Part shown: positions 61,466 to 64,000 of the stretch, in pieces
How the letters are laid out: every line of letters begins with the position of its first letter
How positions within the stretch are numbered: the stretch's first letter is position 1
Source: Macrostomum lignano
Lineage: Eukaryota
NCBI GenBank assembly: GCA_002269645.1
Contig: NIVC01000065.1
Coordinates: 62,001 to 126,000, forward strand
Direction of reading: 5' to 3'
DNA length: 64,000 nucleotides
The notes under the pieces: model-generated
What the model saw: only the letters and a program-made list of their open reading frames with translations
The model's database searches: none
What the model was told of the DNA's origin: nothing
Translations under genes and position numbers: made by a program

Positions 61466-62056
61466 CTGTATAATTTTTCCCAACTCGTCCAGACACTCCT
61501 GCCTCTGCTTGGCACTCTTAGCGGCTAATCCGTCCATAAAGTACAGAAACAGCTTGCTGGCTGGATAGACTCGATTAGCTTTGCCAAACAGCGATTTCAC
61601 GTCGCGCCTGATGACATCTTTCGGCTCGCCCAATTTAATCAACAGATGCGGAAAGAATGCCTGGGCATCGCTGTCGTTGAGCAGCCATTCTCTGTCCATC
61701 ATCACTTGGAACAGGCGATTCAGATACTCTAAGCATCGCATCACCATGCTGGGATTAGTATCGTAGAATCGAGCAGCGGACCACTTCAATATGAGGTCAA
61801 CGTTGCACCTGTGACCTTCGGCAGCATCGTCGCCGCCATTGTCCAGATAGGCTGACAGACTCTCGATAGCTTTGATGTGCTGTCTGAAGTCCTGATGGAA
61901 CAGCTGGCCGAGTAGTTCGCTGCTGAATCCGGCGTCAGTCATTTGGCGTTGCAGCTGCTGAATGTGGTCGCGTTCGGGCTGGCCGCCACTGAAATCCCAG
62001 CGCAGCACCTTGCGCTTCTTCTCGTCAGATAGGCGCTGCTCGCGCATCTTGTTCAC
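61466..62056 (-). CDS. CKAP5: CKAP5 exon (TOG5 core, 591 nt, phase 0/0)
   Basis: KVLRWDF...DLILKW...RFYDTN...KLGEPKDVIRRDV...VYPASKLF...KQRQECLDELG, with canonical splice sites. Confidence 0.95.
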
Positions 62057-62149
62057 CTGCGGATTTGGGTTGCCATGGCGACGGGTGAAGTTTTGTAGCT
62101 TCTTAATTAGTGTTTCAGAGGCAAATTTTCGCCGAGGTCTTAAAACCGA

Positions 62150-63215
62150 TTCTTTAAGGACGATTCTTAATGAGGGCTTCAGGGGCGATTCTTAATGAGA
62201 GCTTCAGGGCGATTCTTAATGAGAGCTTCAGGGGCGATTCTTAATGAGGGCTTCAGGGGCGATTCTTAATGAGAGCTTCTGGGGCGATTTTTAATGAGGG
62301 CTTCAGGGGCGATTCTTAATGAGAGCTTCAGGGCGATTCTTAATGAGAGCTTCAGGGGCGATTCTTAATGAGAGCTTCAGGGGCGATTCTTAATGAGGGC
62401 TTCAGGGGCGATTCTTAATGAGAGCTTCAGGGCGATTCTTAATGAGAGCTTCAGGGGCGATTCTTAATGAGGGCTTCAGGGGCGATTCTTAATGAGAGCT
62501 TCAGGGGCGATTCTTAATGAGGGCTTCAGGGGCGATTCTTAATGAGAGCTTCAGGGGCGATTCTTAATGAGGACTTCAGGGCGATTCTTAATGAGAGCTT
62601 CAGGGGCGATTCTTAATGAGGGCTTTAGGTGCGATTCTTAATGAGAGCTTCAGGGGCGATTCTTAATGAGGACTTCAGGGCGATTCTTAATGAGAGCTTC
62701 AGGGGCGATTCTTAATGAGGGCTTCAGGGGCGATTCTTAATGAGAGCTTCAGGGGCGATTCTTAATGAGGGCTTCAGGGGCGATTCTTAATGAGAGCTTC
62801 AGGAGCGATTCTTAATGAGGACTTCAGGGCGATTCTTAATGAGAGCTTCAGGGGCGATTTTTAATGAGGGCTTCAGGGGCGATTCTTAATGAGAGCTTCA
62901 GGGGCGATTCTTAATGAGAGCTTCAGGGGCGATTCTTAATGAGAGCTTTAGGGGCGATTCTTATTGAGGACTTCAGGGGCGATTCTTAATGAGGGCTTTA
63001 GGGGCGATTCTTGACCGGGGCTTCAGGGGTGATTATTGACCGGGACTTCAGGGGCGATTCTTGACCGGGACTTCATGGGCGATTATTGACAGGGACTTCA
63101 GGGGCGATTCTTAATCAGGGCTTCAGGGGCGATTCTTAATGAGGGCTTCAGGGGCGATTCTTAATGAGGGCTTTAGGGACGATTCTTAATGAGGGCTTTA
63201 GGGACGATTCATAAT
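62150..63215. repeat. 24/25-bp intronic minisatellite x~42
   Basis: Unit GGGGCGATTCTTAATGAG[A/G]GCTTCA. Confidence 0.97.
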
Positions 63216-63266
63216 CATGGCATCAAGGCGATTCTTTTTCATTTTCGGTTGACTAATTTTGCACAC

Positions 63267-63776
63267 CTGAATAGGCGCAATAGGACCTGCATCCTCCGCA
63301 GCAGCGGCAGCAGCTTTTTTATCCGCGGCCGCAGACAGAGCCGCAGTCGAACCGGATTTCCGCTTCGAAGCGGCGCCGCTACCACCTCCGCCGCCGCCTG
63401 CAGACGAAGACTCCTCGCTAGCTCTAGTCGCCGATTTTTTAGCCCCGGCCGACGCATTTCGACTTGTCGACGTTGCCGACGAAGGCTTCGATGATGATGC
63501 AGCAGGCGGAGGTGGCGCCGGAGCCGGCGCTGGCGCTGCTGGCGCCTCGGCAGCGGCTTTCTCGCGCTCCTTGTCCAGTATGGCGCGCACATCGCCTTGG
63601 CTAGCCGGAGGCAGCTTCTTCCAGGCTCGCATAACCGAGTCCCAGCCGATGCAGATGATTATCGGTGCAATGGCCTCGGTGGCTTTTTTGCGCACGTCGC
63701 CGCTACGGTCGGATAAGCAGGTGAGAATTGTTGGCAGGCACTCTTTGAAGTCTGCCGGCAAAGGCTTCTTGTGCGC
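63267..63776 (-). CDS. CKAP5: CKAP5 exon (end of TOG4 + linker); upstream exons lie outside the window
   Basis: CLPTILTCLSDRSGDVRKKATEAI HEAT repeat, with CCAG|GCG acceptor and CAG|GTGTGC donor. Confidence 0.9.
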
Positions 63777-63829
63777 CTGGTTGAGGGATAACATATAGGT
63801 AGGTATATTAGCAGATTCTTAACTAGGTA

Positions 63830-64000
63830 GCCAGGCAGATAGATATGAATAGCCAGGCAGATGGATATGAATAGCCAGGCAGATAGATATGAATAGCCAG
63901 GTAGATAGATATGAATAGCCAGGCAGATGGATATGAATAGCCAGGCAGATGGATATGAATAGCCAGGCAGATGGATATGAATAGCCAGGCAGATGGATAT
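63830..64000. repeat. 22-bp intronic minisatellite (runs off window)
   Basis: Unit GAATAGCCAGGCAGATGGATAT. Confidence 0.95.

Overview
Eukaryotic (metazoan) genomic DNA with spliceosomal GT-AG introns, not prokaryotic. The style (polyQ/polyA low-complexity proteins, very short introns, dense minisatellites) resembles a free-living flatworm such as Macrostomum, which is an inference. Two conserved genes are clear, both on the minus strand: a SKOR/Fussel-type Ski-family co-repressor (about 33.3-35.2 kb, with a 1-nt frameshift) and the last six exons of the microtubule polymerase CKAP5/ch-TOG/XMAP215 (56.4-63.8 kb). The left half (0-29 kb) is a duplicated cluster of lineage-specific, minus-strand membrane-protein genes. 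By manual splicing I recover two intact 5-exon paralogs (CUB-like + C-type-lectin-like + TM). Their first three exons are nearly identical, their last two are deeply diverged, and the switch falls inside a 42-bp intronic minisatellite. The window also holds foldback/MULE-type elements with tandem-repeat arms and 9-bp TSDs, long-TIR MITEs, an RTE LINE with a twin-priming-type inversion, CR1 and Gypsy relics, a tRNA-derived SINE head and about 30 distinct minisatellites. Many of the minisatellites share a GATTC(T) core and several occur as inverted, related pairs. Most long ORFs in the track are artefacts of tandem repeats. All exon calls and alignments were made by eye, without database searches.
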